Positions 51,680-61,720 of a DNA stretch of 64,000 nt are shown one piece after another (position 1 is the stretch's first letter; the number at the start of each line of letters is the position of its first letter). This stretch comes from Alphaproteobacteria bacterium. Its GTDB lineage: Bacteria > Pseudomonadota > Alphaproteobacteria > MPNO01 > UBA830. The DNA is taken from positions 2,688,001 through 2,752,000 of the forward strand of contig OZ219791.1 in NCBI GenBank assembly GCA_964291215.2. The letters are read 5' to 3'. The position numbers and the translations under genes are program-made. A model generated the notes under the pieces. That model ran no database searches, was not told the DNA's origin, and worked only from the letters and a program-made list of their open reading frames with translations.

Positions 51680-52685
51680 GTGAGCCTTCCGGCGACGCCG
51701 CACGATGCGCTGTTCCGGGCGCTGGTCTCCGAGCCGGCCCGCGCCGCTTCGCTGCTCGCGGAATACCTGCCACCCGAGGTGGCAGCCCTCCTCGACCCCG
51801 AGGCCCCGCCCGAGGCGGTCGAGGGCAGCTTCGTCGACGAGAACGCCGCGCGGACCCAGTGCGACGCGCTCTTCCGGGTCAGGCTGAGGAGCGGCCACGA
51901 GGCGCGCCTCTATGTGTTGCTCGAACACAAGAGCCGCGTCGATGCTGACACGCCACTCCAGCTCCTGAAATACATGGTCAACATCTGGCGCCGCGAGATC
52001 GAGAATGGCGGTGCCGGGGACAGGTTGCCGACGATCATCCCGCTGGTCTTCTACCATGGCCGGGGCCGCTGGACGGCGCCGCTCTCGGTGCCGGGGATGA
52101 TAGACGCGCCCGGGGAGTTGGAGCCGTTCGTCAGGGAGTTTGCCTATGTGGTGCACGACCTTGGCGAGATTGCGCCAGACCGGCTGTCGGCCTCACCCGA
52201 GGTGCGTTCTGGCGCTCAGGGTCGTTCATGCCGAGGAGATACCGCCCGATCTTCTGGACGAGATGACGGGCGGGCCAGTTGCGGGGAGCGCGTTCGAGCG
52301 TCATATTGTGCGCTACATTGCCGAGCGCATGAACCTGACGCCGCCTTTGCTGGAGGCGTCGCTGCGCCGGACGAAGCCGGATCGCTGGGAGGCGCTGATG
52401 GGAACGGTCGCGCAAGCCTGGATCGAACAGGGAAGAGCTGAAGGAATCGAGAAGGGAATCGAGAAGGGAATCGAACGGGGCCGGAGCGAGGGCCGGGAGG
52501 AAGGTCGCGCGGAGGGCCAGGCTGGAATTGTTCTTCGTCTTCTGGAGTTGCGCTTCGGTGATGTGCCGGATGCGGTTCGCGAGCGGGTTCGCAACGCGTC
52601 GGCCGCCGAACTGGAGGCTTGGGCGGAGGCGGTGCTGATGGCTGCGAGCCTCGATGAGGTGCTGGCCGTCAAGCCCGGGCGCTGA
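51680..52685 (+). pseudogene. Rpn/YhgA-like PD-(D/E)XK nuclease copy 1, frameshifted at about 52210
   Basis: GTG start with GGAGG RBS; PHDALFR, GSFVD, QCDALF, LLEHKS, LP.IIPLVFYHG...W; C-terminal (E/Q)G repeats and DUF4351-like tail in another frame. Confidence 0.85.
52398..52685 (+). CDS. Internal RpnS-type small ORF (putative antitoxin) copy 1
   Basis: GGAGG-cgctg-ATG; MGTVAQAWIEQGRAEGIEKG... intact to the stop. Confidence 0.6.
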   Translation: MGTVAQAWIEQGRAEGIEKGIEKGIERGRSEGREEGRAEGQAGIVLRLLELRFGDVPDAVRERVRNASAAELEAWAEAVLMAASLDEVLAVKPGR

Positions 52686-53299
52686 ACCGGCGCAGTATTG
52701 GCCGACCTTGCCTGAGAACCTTCCAGGCAAGGACGCCGTCCCCGGTCTCCGTCATGGATGCCGCCCCTCGCCGGCGCCGCGACACCACGCGGGAGGCCGA
52801 GCCCGCCGCGCGGGCGGTTTCTCGTTTTGGGCGGTCATGTTGCGATCTCCCGCATGGACTTCCCGGACCGGATGCCGGCCGGCGCGACCGCCCTCATCGC
52901 CGCCTCAACCCCTGTATGCCTGCCCGCCATGGCGCCCTCCCGGAATTGAGCGTTCCACTTGATGCCCGCTGTGCACCCGTTGGCTCGATCCGGCCAATTG
53001 CCGCCCGCGATGCGGGAAATCAGCCGAATGCGGCATGGAGTCCTTCCACTACCGCGCGCTATGCGCATCTGGCGCAAGGCCCGGTGCGCGGGTCCGCCGT
53101 CTGCGTCTCCGACAGCATTGCTGCCGATATCCTCGGGGACTACCGCCCGTCATGACGGCTCTGGCATATCCCCGCCACAGGCTCCGGCGATTGCGGAGCC
53201 GATGTTGCCCGGTGTAGGGTGCCGCCATGCCGCCCCTCTTCCAGTCCGTGAGCGGGCTGTCCTTCGGGAGCCTCCCGGAAACGCCGGGGAACCTTCCCG

Positions 53300-54281
53300 G
53301 TGAGCCTTCCGGCGACGCCGCACGATGCGTTGTTCCGCGCGCTGGTCTCCGAGCCGACCCGCGCCGCTTCGCTGCTCGCGCAATACCTGCCGCCGGAGGT
53401 GGCCGCCCTCCTCGACCCCGAGGCCCCGCCCGAGGCGGTTGAGGGCAGTTTCGTCGACGAGGACGCCGCGCGGACCCAGTGCGACGCGCTCTTCCGGGTC
53501 AGGCTGAGGAGCGGCCACGAGGCGCGCCTCTATGTGCTGCTCGAACACAAGAGCCGCGTCGACGCCGACACGCCACTCCAGCTCCTGAAATACATGGTCA
53601 ACATCTGGCGTCGCGAGATCGAGAATGGCAGCGCCGGGGACAGGCTGCCGGCGATCATCCCGCTGGTCTTCTACCACGGCCGGGGCCGCTGGACGGCGGC
53701 GCGTTCGGTGCCGGGGATGATTGATGCGCCCGAAGAGTTGGAGCCGTTCGTCAGGGAGTTTGCCTATGTGGTGCACGACCTTGGCGAGATTGCGCCAGAC
53801 CGGCTGTCGGCCTCGCCCGAGGTGCGTTCTGGCGCTCAGGGTCGTTCATGCCGAGGAGATACCGCCCGATCTTCTGGATGAGATGACGGGCGGGCCGGTT
53901 GCGGGGAGCGCGTTCGAGCGTCATATTGTGCGCTACATTGCCGAGCGCATGAACCTGATGCCGCCTTTGCTGGAGGCGTCGCTGCGCCGGACGAAGCCGG
54001 ATCGCCGGGAGGCGCTGATGGGCACGGTCGCGCAAGCCTGGATCGAACAGGGAAGAGCCGAGGGAATCGAGAAGGGAATCGAACAGGGGATCGAACGAGG
54101 TCGGAGCGAGGGCGAAGCCGGAATCGTTCTTCGTCTCCTGGAACTGCGCTTCGGGGCTGTGCCGGATGCGGTCCGCGAGCGGGTCTGTCGTGCGTTACCA
54201 ACCGAACTGGAGGCTTGGGCGGAGGCGGTGTTGGTGGCTGCGAGTCTTGATGAGGTGTTGGCCGCCAGACCCGGGCGCTGA
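53300..54281 (+). pseudogene. Rpn/YhgA-like nuclease copy 2, same frameshift at about 53830
   Basis: Same motifs as copy 1; identical ggtgcgttctggcgctcagg junction. Confidence 0.85.
54018..54281 (+). CDS. Internal RpnS-type small ORF copy 2
   Basis: GGAGG-cgctg-ATG; two fewer 4-residue repeats and a diverged tail relative to copy 1. Confidence 0.6.
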   Translation: MGTVAQAWIEQGRAEGIEKGIEQGIERGRSEGEAGIVLRLLELRFGAVPDAVRERVCRALPTELEAWAEAVLVAASLDEVLAARPGR

Positions 54282-54557
54282 ACCGGCGCAGCATTGGCCG
54301 ACCTTGCCTGAGAACCTTCCAGGCAAGGACGCTGTCCCCGGTCTTCGTCACGGAGGCCGCCCCTTGCCGACACCGGGACGGAGGCCGAGCCCGCCGCGCG
54401 GGCGGTTTCGTTTCCGGCGGTCATGTTGCGATCTCCCGCATGGACTCCCCGGACCGGATGCCGGCCAGCGCGACCGCCCTCATCGCCGTGTCAACTGCTG
54501 TATACCTGCCCGCCATGATGCCCTCCCGGAATCGAGCGTTCCACTTGATTCCCACTA

Positions 54558-55012
54558 AGGCAGCTGTTGGCGAAGACTGCGACTTGGCGAGCGGCACGAT
54601 CTATGTGCTGCGCAGCAAGTCCAATGATCCTGTTATCGCGCAGCATCGCGACGTGTTGCACAAGATCGGGGTGACGGGCGGCGACGTGAAAACGCGGATC
54701 GCCAATGCCAAGCTCGACCCGACCTTCCTGCTGGCCGATGTGGAGATCATCGCCACCTACAAGCTAGCCAATATCAACCGGACGAAGCTCGAAAACCTCA
54801 TCCATCGCGTCTTCGACCCGGCACGGCTCGACATCGAGATCAAGGATCGTTTCGGAAATCCTGTGATCCCGCGCGAATGGTTCCTTGTCCCGCTGTTCGT
54901 CATCGACGAGGCGGTCGAGCGGATCAAGAACGGCGCGATCACTGAGTACAGTTACGATCCGGCAGCGGCACGCTTGGCTCGTCATGAGGGAAGGACGAAG
55001 GCACAGCCATGA
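54558..55012 (+). pseudogene. GIY-YIG/T5orf172-like nuclease, C-terminal part only
   Basis: SGTIYVLRS, LHKIGVT, RIANA, KLENLIHRVF, PREWFLVPL; the 5' end is replaced by the third repeat leader. Confidence 0.75.
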
Positions 55013-55073
55013 CAACGATGCGGGGGGACATCGCAGACCATTTTTTTGTCGGGCCTGTGGATTGCTGATGTGA

Positions 55074-56632
55074 CAGGGACCTGGCATGGCACCCCGGGTT
55101 CACTGTGGGTCGGTTTCAGTGGCTGGTGCATCAGGGCTCACGGGCACGCTTTTTCGAGTGTTCGAGCAGAGCTGTCCTGTTGCGCTGGCGCGTTCCCGGC
55201 TTATGGCGCGGGGTCAGGAGCGAAGGTTTATCTGCGGGATGAGGATGGCGTCGAGCGCGTCCCGGGCGCGGGCGGCGTAGTGCCGGTTGGCCTCGGACAT
55301 ATGGTTGAAGTGTCCACCGCAGCGCACGATGGCGGCTTTTGTCAAGAGGTTGCGCGGCGCACCCTGCAGCGATCTTCGTCGCAGGTGAAATCGCGTACGT
55401 AGTGGAGTCGATTTTCCATGACCCGCGCGCCAGAAGCATCTCGGGGCGTTCGGGGCCGAGCGAGGTGAGGCACCAGGTGATCTCGACACTGCTCTCTTTG
55501 GTCTTGCAGATCTCGCGCTCGATGCGCCCTTGTCGAGGGTTTCGAACGAGCCCTCGAAGTCGATGGCCTTGAGGTCGTCGAGCATGGTTTCCTGGTTATT
55601 CTTGATCGCCGTGACGACATGCGGCGCTCGAGAAGCCGCCGCTCGTGCTGAGCGTGCATCGCGTCCATGGTGACGATGCGGCTGGCGACGTTGATGCTGC
55701 TGGCGAGGGGGATCTCGTTACTCTTCGCGTCGACCTCGACCTGGCCGAGAACCATCCGTGCTCGACCGCTACGACCCGCCGGGCGTTCTCGGTTGGAGGC
55801 ACCGCGGATGTCCTTGCCGTCGTGTCTGCTGCCGGGCCGTCTACAGGGCAGGGTCTCGGGCGGCAGGTCAGCGAGGATGGTGTGGAAGGTGTGGGTGCGG
55901 TGTAGCGCTTCGGGCTGAAGAACGAGTTCACCGCCGCAAGCTGTTCCTGGAGGGCGGCGAATGCGGTCACGCCGCGGTAGCCGGCGAGCCGCGAGAATGG
56001 TTCTCAGCGGATAGCGCTTGCGGCACACCTCGCCCAGGCACAGGCTGCGCAGCCGAGGCCCGGCACGGGCGTGCTGCGCTCTCCGGGATCGCGTCCCGGC
56101 GGCCCCAGTTCGTACATGAAGATCTCCTGGCCGTGGTGACGGAAGCGCGCGGAGCCGCTCGCGACCGAGCGTCAAGCGAGCGCCAGTTCGCCGCGCGATA
56201 GCAGGTTCCGGCGAAGCGCTCGACGACCGTCTCCGCGAGGAACGCGCGGCCTCGATGTCCAGCCGTCGAAGGCACGCCAGGTTCGGCATCCCCCCAACGA
56301 ACCGGGAATTGTTCGCGACCAGATGCAGGCACTGCTGCTCCGCAGCGATCCAGCGGTGCAGCAAGCTTGAACGCGCCGCCAGCCGACCACCCAGGTCTCG
56401 CCGTGCAGGGCGACATGGCGCAGACCCTTGATGCCGTGAAACCGCAGGTAGTGATGCTCCTTCACCAGACGGTCCCGGAGCTCACCTGCGCCACGGGCGC
56501 ACCGTCACCTCGCGAAGGAGGGAATCCGGGGTCGCAAGCGTCGCCACGCCGGCACACTGCCACAGCGAAAACGGAATGCCCGGACCAAAATCAGCATGCG
56601 CCGATCGTTGGGACGACAACAGAATAGCCCTG
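55074..56632 (-). mobile_element. ISAs1-family element with DUF4338 module, degenerate
   Basis: MKEHHYLRF, VANNSRF, LAETVV..FAGTCYRAANW, DGKDIRG, VDAKSNEI, VTMDAMHAQ, ENRLHYVRDFT.DED; CAGGG end at 56632, other end approximate. Confidence 0.75.
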
Positions 56633-56707
56633 CGCTCCGGTCCGCCTTGCTTGAACTGCCCGGTCTTAGCTGATATCCATCGGCGGAGCGGGATATTGGG
56701 ATGGTCG

Positions 56708-59455
56708 ATGCCGGGCAGGATCAAGGACAGGACGAAGGTTCCAGTCTACTGTTACCAATGCGTGGCAGGGCCCGACCTCATGCGTGTCGAGGTCGAGGAT
56801 GGCGTTGCGACGCGCGTCGAATCCAATTACAGCATCACCGGCGACCATCCGGGCGGAGGCCGCGTCTGCGTCAAGGCCTACGGCCTGATCCAGAAGACCT
56901 ACAACCCGAACCGCGTTCGTTCGCCGATGAAGCGGACCAACCCGAAGAAGGGGCGCGGCGAGGATCCGGGTTTTGTCCCGATTTCCTGGGACGAGGCGCT
57001 CGATACGGTCGCCGGGCGGATGCGCGAGATGCGCGCCCGAGGCCTCAATGACGAGAACGGGTTTCCGCGCCTCGCCGTGTCCTTCGGCGGCGGCGGCACG
57101 CCGACCCAGTACATGGGGACGTTTCCGGCCTTCCTGTCGGCCTGGGGCGATGTCGATCTCGGATTCGGCGGCGGCCAGGGCGTGAAATGCTACCATTCGG
57201 AGCATCTCTACGGCGAGCTTTGGCACCGCGCCTTCATCGTTTCTCCCGACACGCCGTACTGCAACTACGTCATCAACTGTGGCAACAACGTCGAGGCCTC
57301 GGGCGGCGTCGCCGGCGTCTGGCGGCAGGCGGACGCGCGCGTGCGCGGACTGAAGCGGGTGCAGGTCGAGCCGCACCTGTCGATCACCGGCGCGCTGTCG
57401 GCCGAATGGATACCGATCAAGCCCAAGACCGACGCCGCCTTCCTCTATGCGCTCGTCCACCGCATGATCTGCGAGCGCGACTGGCGCGAGACCTGTGATG
57501 TCGAGGCGCTGAAGGAGATCACGACATCGCCCTATCTCGTCGGGCCCAACGGTTATTATCTGCGCGACCCGGAGACGCGGAGGCCGCTAATCTGGGACGC
57601 CGCCGTCGGCGATGCCCGGACTTGGGATTCGGAGATCTCGGACGCCGCGCTCGACGGCGCGTATGCGGTGACCGGAATCGAGGACGGCTCCGACGGGCAG
57701 GTCTGGACGCATTCGAACGTGGAAGCGCGGCCGGCCTTCAGTCTCCTGCTCGACCATATGGCCGGATTCACCCCGGAATGGGCAGAGGCCGAGTGCGACG
57801 TACCGGCCGATCGGATCCGCCGCGTGGCTGACGAATATGTCGCCCATGCCCGTATCGGCGAGACCTGCGAGATCGAGGGTGTCGAGATGCCGTTCCGGCC
57901 GGTTGCGGTCATGCTGGGCAAGGGCGTTAACAACGGCTGGGGCGGATACCAGACCTGCTGGGCGCGGACCTTGCTTGCCACCCTGGTCGGGGCACTCGAG
58001 GTGCCTGGCGGCACCCTCGGCACGGCGGTCAAGCTCAACCGGCCCGCCTACTCGCGGCTCAAGACGGTGCGCGGGACCGATGACGGAATCATGGACTACC
58101 CCTTCAATCCCACCAGCCACGAGGAATGGCTGGCCGCGCCGCATATCCGCAACGGTTATCGGACCCTGGTTCCGCTGGCCGCCAACTCCGCCTGGTCGCC
58201 GGCGCTCGGCCCGGCCCATCTGCCGTGGCTCTTCCAGAAGAAAAATCCCGACAACTGGCCGACCCAGTCCAAGCCGGAGATGTGGATCAACTACCGCACG
58301 AACCCCGCGATCTCGTCGTGGAACGCACCCGAGGTGGCGGAGCGGATCGCGGAGTTTCCCTTCACGGTTTCGTTCGCCTACACGCGCGACGAGACCAACC
58401 ACATGGCCGACATCCTGCTGCCCGACTGCACCGATCTCGAGAGCCTCCAGCTCATCCAGATCGGGTCGACGAAATTCACCGAGCAGTACTGGAAGCATCA
58501 GGGCTGGGCGATCCGCCAGCCCGTGGTCGAGCCGCAGGTCGACGCGCGCGATCTCACCGATATCGCGACCGCGCTTGCCGAACGCACCGGGCTTCTCGAA
58601 CCCTACAACGAGGCGATTAACCGCGGCGCCGCCGGCGCGCGGCTGCGCGCAGATGGTGCCTACGACTACGCTGTAGATCCTGCCGTGGCGCACCCGTGCG
58701 AGGCGATATGGGACGCCGTCTGCAAGGCGGCAAGCCACGGCCTTACGGACGGCGAGGAGGTGCGCGACCTCGGCTGGTTCCGTGAAAACGGCTTTCTGCT
58801 TCGACCATTCCCGCAGCTTGAGTGGTACCTCTATCCCGTGCTCAGGGAGAAGAAGCTCCGCTTCGAGATGCCGTACCAGGAACGCATCCTGCGCCACGGC
58901 GCCCAGCTTGCCAACCGCCTGCACGAGAGCGGCATCGAATGGTGGGATGCGCAACTTGAGGAATACGAGCCGCTGCCCGGTTACAGGCGGTTTCCGGAGA
59001 TCTGGGCCGACCATGTCAGGGAGTCCGGGCACGATCCGGATGATTACCCGTTCTTCGCCCTCACCGCGCGGTCCATGCAGTATTCTTGGGGAGCGAACGT
59101 CGGCATACCGCTGATCAACGAGGTTGCCGGCAACATCGCCGGCCACAAGGGCGTCATCATCAATCGCACCCGCGCGCGCGCGCTGGGCATCGCCGAGGGC
59201 GATCCGGTGGAGATCGAATCCGTGACCGGGATCACGCGGGGCCATGCTGTGCTGCGCGAGGGAATCCGGCCCGACACGGTCCTGATGATCGGACAGTTCG
59301 ATCACTGGGCGACGCCGTACGCGAAGGATCTGAATCTCCCGAGCCTCAACTCGGTGACTTCGCTGTCGCTGTCGCTGACCGATGCAACGGGATCGAGCGC
59401 CGATCTTGCGCGGGTCAGGATCCGCAAGGTCCCTGGCGAGAGACACGCGGCATGA
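56708..59455 (+). CDS. Molybdopterin oxidoreductase catalytic subunit, phenylacetyl-CoA:acceptor oxidoreductase PadB-like
   Basis: KVPVYCYQCVAGPDL...HPGGGRVCVKAYGLIQKTYNPNR, PMKRTNPKKGR.EDPGFVPISWDEA, QGVKCYHSEHLYGE, C-terminal molydop-binding domain; no Tat motif. Confidence 0.8.
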   Translation: MPGRIKDRTKVPVYCYQCVAGPDLMRVEVEDGVATRVESNYSITGDHPGGGRVCVKAYGLIQKTYNPNRVRSPMKRTNPKKGRGEDPGFVPISWDEALDTVAGRMREMRARGLNDENGFPRLAVSFGGGGTPTQYMGTFPAFLSAWGDVDLGFGGGQGVKCYHSEHLYGELWHRAFIVSPDTPYCNYVINCGNNVEASGGVAGVWRQADARVRGLKRVQVEPHLSITGALSAEWIPIKPKTDAAFLYALVHRMICERDWRETCDVEALKEITTSPYLVGPNGYYLRDPETRRPLIWDAAVGDARTWDSEISDAALDGAYAVTGIEDGSDGQVWTHSNVEARPAFSLLLDHMAGFTPEWAEAECDVPADRIRRVADEYVAHARIGETCEIEGVEMPFRPVAVMLGKGVNNGWGGYQTCWARTLLATLVGALEVPGGTLGTAVKLNRPAYSRLKTVRGTDDGIMDYPFNPTSHEEWLAAPHIRNGYRTLVPLAANSAWSPALGPAHLPWLFQKKNPDNWPTQSKPEMWINYRTNPAISSWNAPEVAERIAEFPFTVSFAYTRDETNHMADILLPDCTDLESLQLIQIGSTKFTEQYWKHQGWAIRQPVVEPQVDARDLTDIATALAERTGLLEPYNEAINRGAAGARLRADGAYDYAVDPAVAHPCEAIWDAVCKAASHGLTDGEEVRDLGWFRENGFLLRPFPQLEWYLYPVLREKKLRFEMPYQERILRHGAQLANRLHESGIEWWDAQLEEYEPLPGYRRFPEIWADHVRESGHDPDDYPFFALTARSMQYSWGANVGIPLINEVAGNIAGHKGVIINRTRARALGIAEGDPVEIESVTGITRGHAVLREGIRPDTVLMIGQFDHWATPYAKDLNLPSLNSVTSLSLSLTDATGSSADLARVRIRKVPGERHAA

Positions 59456-59482
59456 TCCGGCACGGCCCGGCGGCGGTTCGCG

Positions 59483-61120
59483 GTGTCTGAGGGAAGCGCA
59501 GCGGTGGAAGGGCGCGGCGTTGAGGAATCCGCGCTGGACCCCCGGTGGGGCATGGTGGTTGACCTTAACCGGTGCGTCGGCTGCCAGACCTGCACGATAG
59601 CCTGCAAGCATGCGAACGACACGCCGCCGGGGGTGCAGTGGCGGCGGGTGCTCGATGTCGAGTGCGGCACGTTTCCCGATGTCGAACGGCTGTTCATGGT
59701 GGTCGGCTGCCAGCACTGCGCCGAGCCGCCCTGTGTGCCCGTCTGCCCCACCGGCGCGACCCGTCAGCGCACCGACGGGCTCGTGACCATGGACTATGAC
59801 ACCTGCATCGGCTGCGCGTACTGTGCCGTCGCCTGCCCCTACCAGGCGCGCACCATTACCCATGACCGGGAGTGGTTCTACGGTGAGAAGACGGTTCAGG
59901 AGGAACACGTTTATCACGACGAGCGCGTCGGCGTCGCGACCAAGTGCACCTTCTGCGTCGAGCGTCTCGACGAGGCGCGCGAGGAGGGCAAGGTGCCGGG
60001 CGTTGATCTGGAATACACCCCGGCCTGTTCCTCGGCCTGCATCGCCCAAGCGATACACTTCGGGGATTTCAACGACCCCGGAAGCAATGTTTCGCTGCTT
60101 GCGTCGGAGAACAGTTCCTTCCAGATGCACGAGGAGCTCGGGACTGACCCACAAATCAGGTATCTATACGAGGTGCCCAACAGCATGCCTGGCCGCGAAC
60201 CGGACGACGCCGACGACGCGGCGCTCAGCAATCCCGGCAATGCGCTGGCCGGCCAGCGCCAGGAGTTCTGGGACTGGCGAGCGGCGATGAATTTCACGCT
60301 GGGGGGGATGTCGAGCGGCCTCGCGGTCATCGCGACAGCGGCGCATTTCCATGCCGGCTTGGCCGGCGCGGTGCTGGTCTGGCTCTACGTCGTGGCTGCC
60401 GCGATCATGGCGGCGGGCCTGTTCTGCGTGTTTCTCGAGATCGGCCGCAAGTTCCGCTTTCTCCGGGTTCTCATGCGTCCGCAGACGTCTTGGATGACGC
60501 GCGAGACCTACGCTGTCGCGGTCTTCTATCCGGCGGTGGCAGCCGACTGGTTGTGGCCGCACCCGGTCCTTCATCTGGCAGTGGGACTCTCCGCCCTCGT
60601 GTTTCTCTATTGCCAGGCACGCATCCTGTATGCGGCACGCGGCATTCCGGCCTGGCGGGCCGGGCTGATGCCGACGATGCTGATTATGACCGGCATTTTT
60701 GAGGGTGCAGGCCTGCTCGCGGCTGCGTCGGCCGCGTTTCCGGCAGTGGTGAAGCTGTCGGCGCCGTCTCTCGCCATCTGCGGCATCGTCCTCGCTGTCC
60801 TCAACGCTGTTCTGTGGCAACGCTATGTTGCTGATGCGGAGCGCAGCGGCATTCCGCCGCTTTCGCGCGCTGAACTGCGGCGGATCACTCCGGCGATGCG
60901 CGTTGTCGGCCATCTGGCACCGCTCGTCCTGTTCGCATTCTGGATTCCGGCCGCCAGCCCGGCCGTTCTTCTGGGTGCCGGGATATGCGCCATCGCTGGC
61001 GGCGTGCTCTGGAAATTCGTGGTGATCACCCGCGCCTGCCATCAGCAGGGCTTCGCGTTGCCGAAGATGCCGCGTCGCGGTTCCGGCCAGCGGGCAGCGC
61101 CGGCGCGGATGGGCCTGTAG
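59483..61120 (+). CDS. Fused 4Fe-4S electron-transfer subunit plus DmsC/PadD-like membrane anchor
   Basis: CVGCQTC..AC, CQHC.EPPCVPVCP, CIGCAYCAVACP, KCTFC..C...C, then in frame Q.FWDWRAAMNF.LGG, P.TSWMTRE and multiple TMs. Confidence 0.85.
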   Translation: MSEGSAAVEGRGVEESALDPRWGMVVDLNRCVGCQTCTIACKHANDTPPGVQWRRVLDVECGTFPDVERLFMVVGCQHCAEPPCVPVCPTGATRQRTDGLVTMDYDTCIGCAYCAVACPYQARTITHDREWFYGEKTVQEEHVYHDERVGVATKCTFCVERLDEAREEGKVPGVDLEYTPACSSACIAQAIHFGDFNDPGSNVSLLASENSSFQMHEELGTDPQIRYLYEVPNSMPGREPDDADDAALSNPGNALAGQRQEFWDWRAAMNFTLGGMSSGLAVIATAAHFHAGLAGAVLVWLYVVAAAIMAAGLFCVFLEIGRKFRFLRVLMRPQTSWMTRETYAVAVFYPAVAADWLWPHPVLHLAVGLSALVFLYCQARILYAARGIPAWRAGLMPTMLIMTGIFEGAGLLAAASAAFPAVVKLSAPSLAICGIVLAVLNAVLWQRYVADAERSGIPPLSRAELRRITPAMRVVGHLAPLVLFAFWIPAASPAVLLGAGICAIAGGVLWKFVVITRACHQQGFALPKMPRRGSGQRAAPARMGL

Positions 61121-61720
61121 ACGGGGCTCCGCGACTTCCAACCCCGACCGGTGCGGGCGCTTCCCGTTTCACCTTTGAGGCGACCGATACCGCGCCTCAC
61201 CTATCGACATGGTTCGTAGCGCTGCTCCGGCTTGCCTGACGGATCGCGGTTCCGCCTGATACCAAGGATCCGAGCCTTTGGGCTTCAACGCCGTGATGGC
61301 GCTGCTTTGCGTTCTCCAGTCCCGAAGACAGGATTCATGGGACCAGTCGATAAACCGAATGCGAAATTTCTTAACCCAAGTTCAGAGGTCCTGACCTCGT
61401 GAGTTGACTTGATCAGTCCGTGATCCCTTTTTCACAGTACAATGAATGATTTGACCGGTTTTGTGCTTGACAACAGAGCCGCATCGTGGTCCAATATAAT
61501 ATGATGCTTGTAATGGGATGATCCCGACCCTGAACACGTTCGCGATGCACCCGTCTGAAGCCCCGTCCCGATCGGGACCTCGTGCTTCTCCCTTGCCAAC
61601 GTCGACGTACCGACCGTCTTGTTCTCGAACCTGAAGCCCTTCGACTGCCAGACAACGCACGCAAACTCGGCCTAGAAGCATCACCCTGATTTGGAAACAT
61701 CGAAGCCGAGGTCAGGACGT

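Larger units (their letters stand above)
51073..54557. repeat. Tandem direct repeat of about 1.6 kb (2 full units plus a third copy of the about 260-bp leader)
   Basis: Hairpin CCTTGCCTG-agaaccttc-CAGGCAAGG recurs at 51084, 52706 and 54302; leaders end at about 51341, 52971 and 54557; Rpn starts are 1620 bp apart. Confidence 0.92.

Noticed and set aside
52425-52520. 12-bp tandem repeats (gggaatcgagaa-like) as a CRISPR or VNTR signal
   Set aside because: In-frame coding repeats (EKGI) of the Rpn C-terminus; no spacers or cas genes.
51073-54557. Integron cassette array with attC-like hairpins
   Set aside because: No GTTRRRY/RYYYAAC boxes recognised and no integrase in the window; the units are paralogous duplicates.
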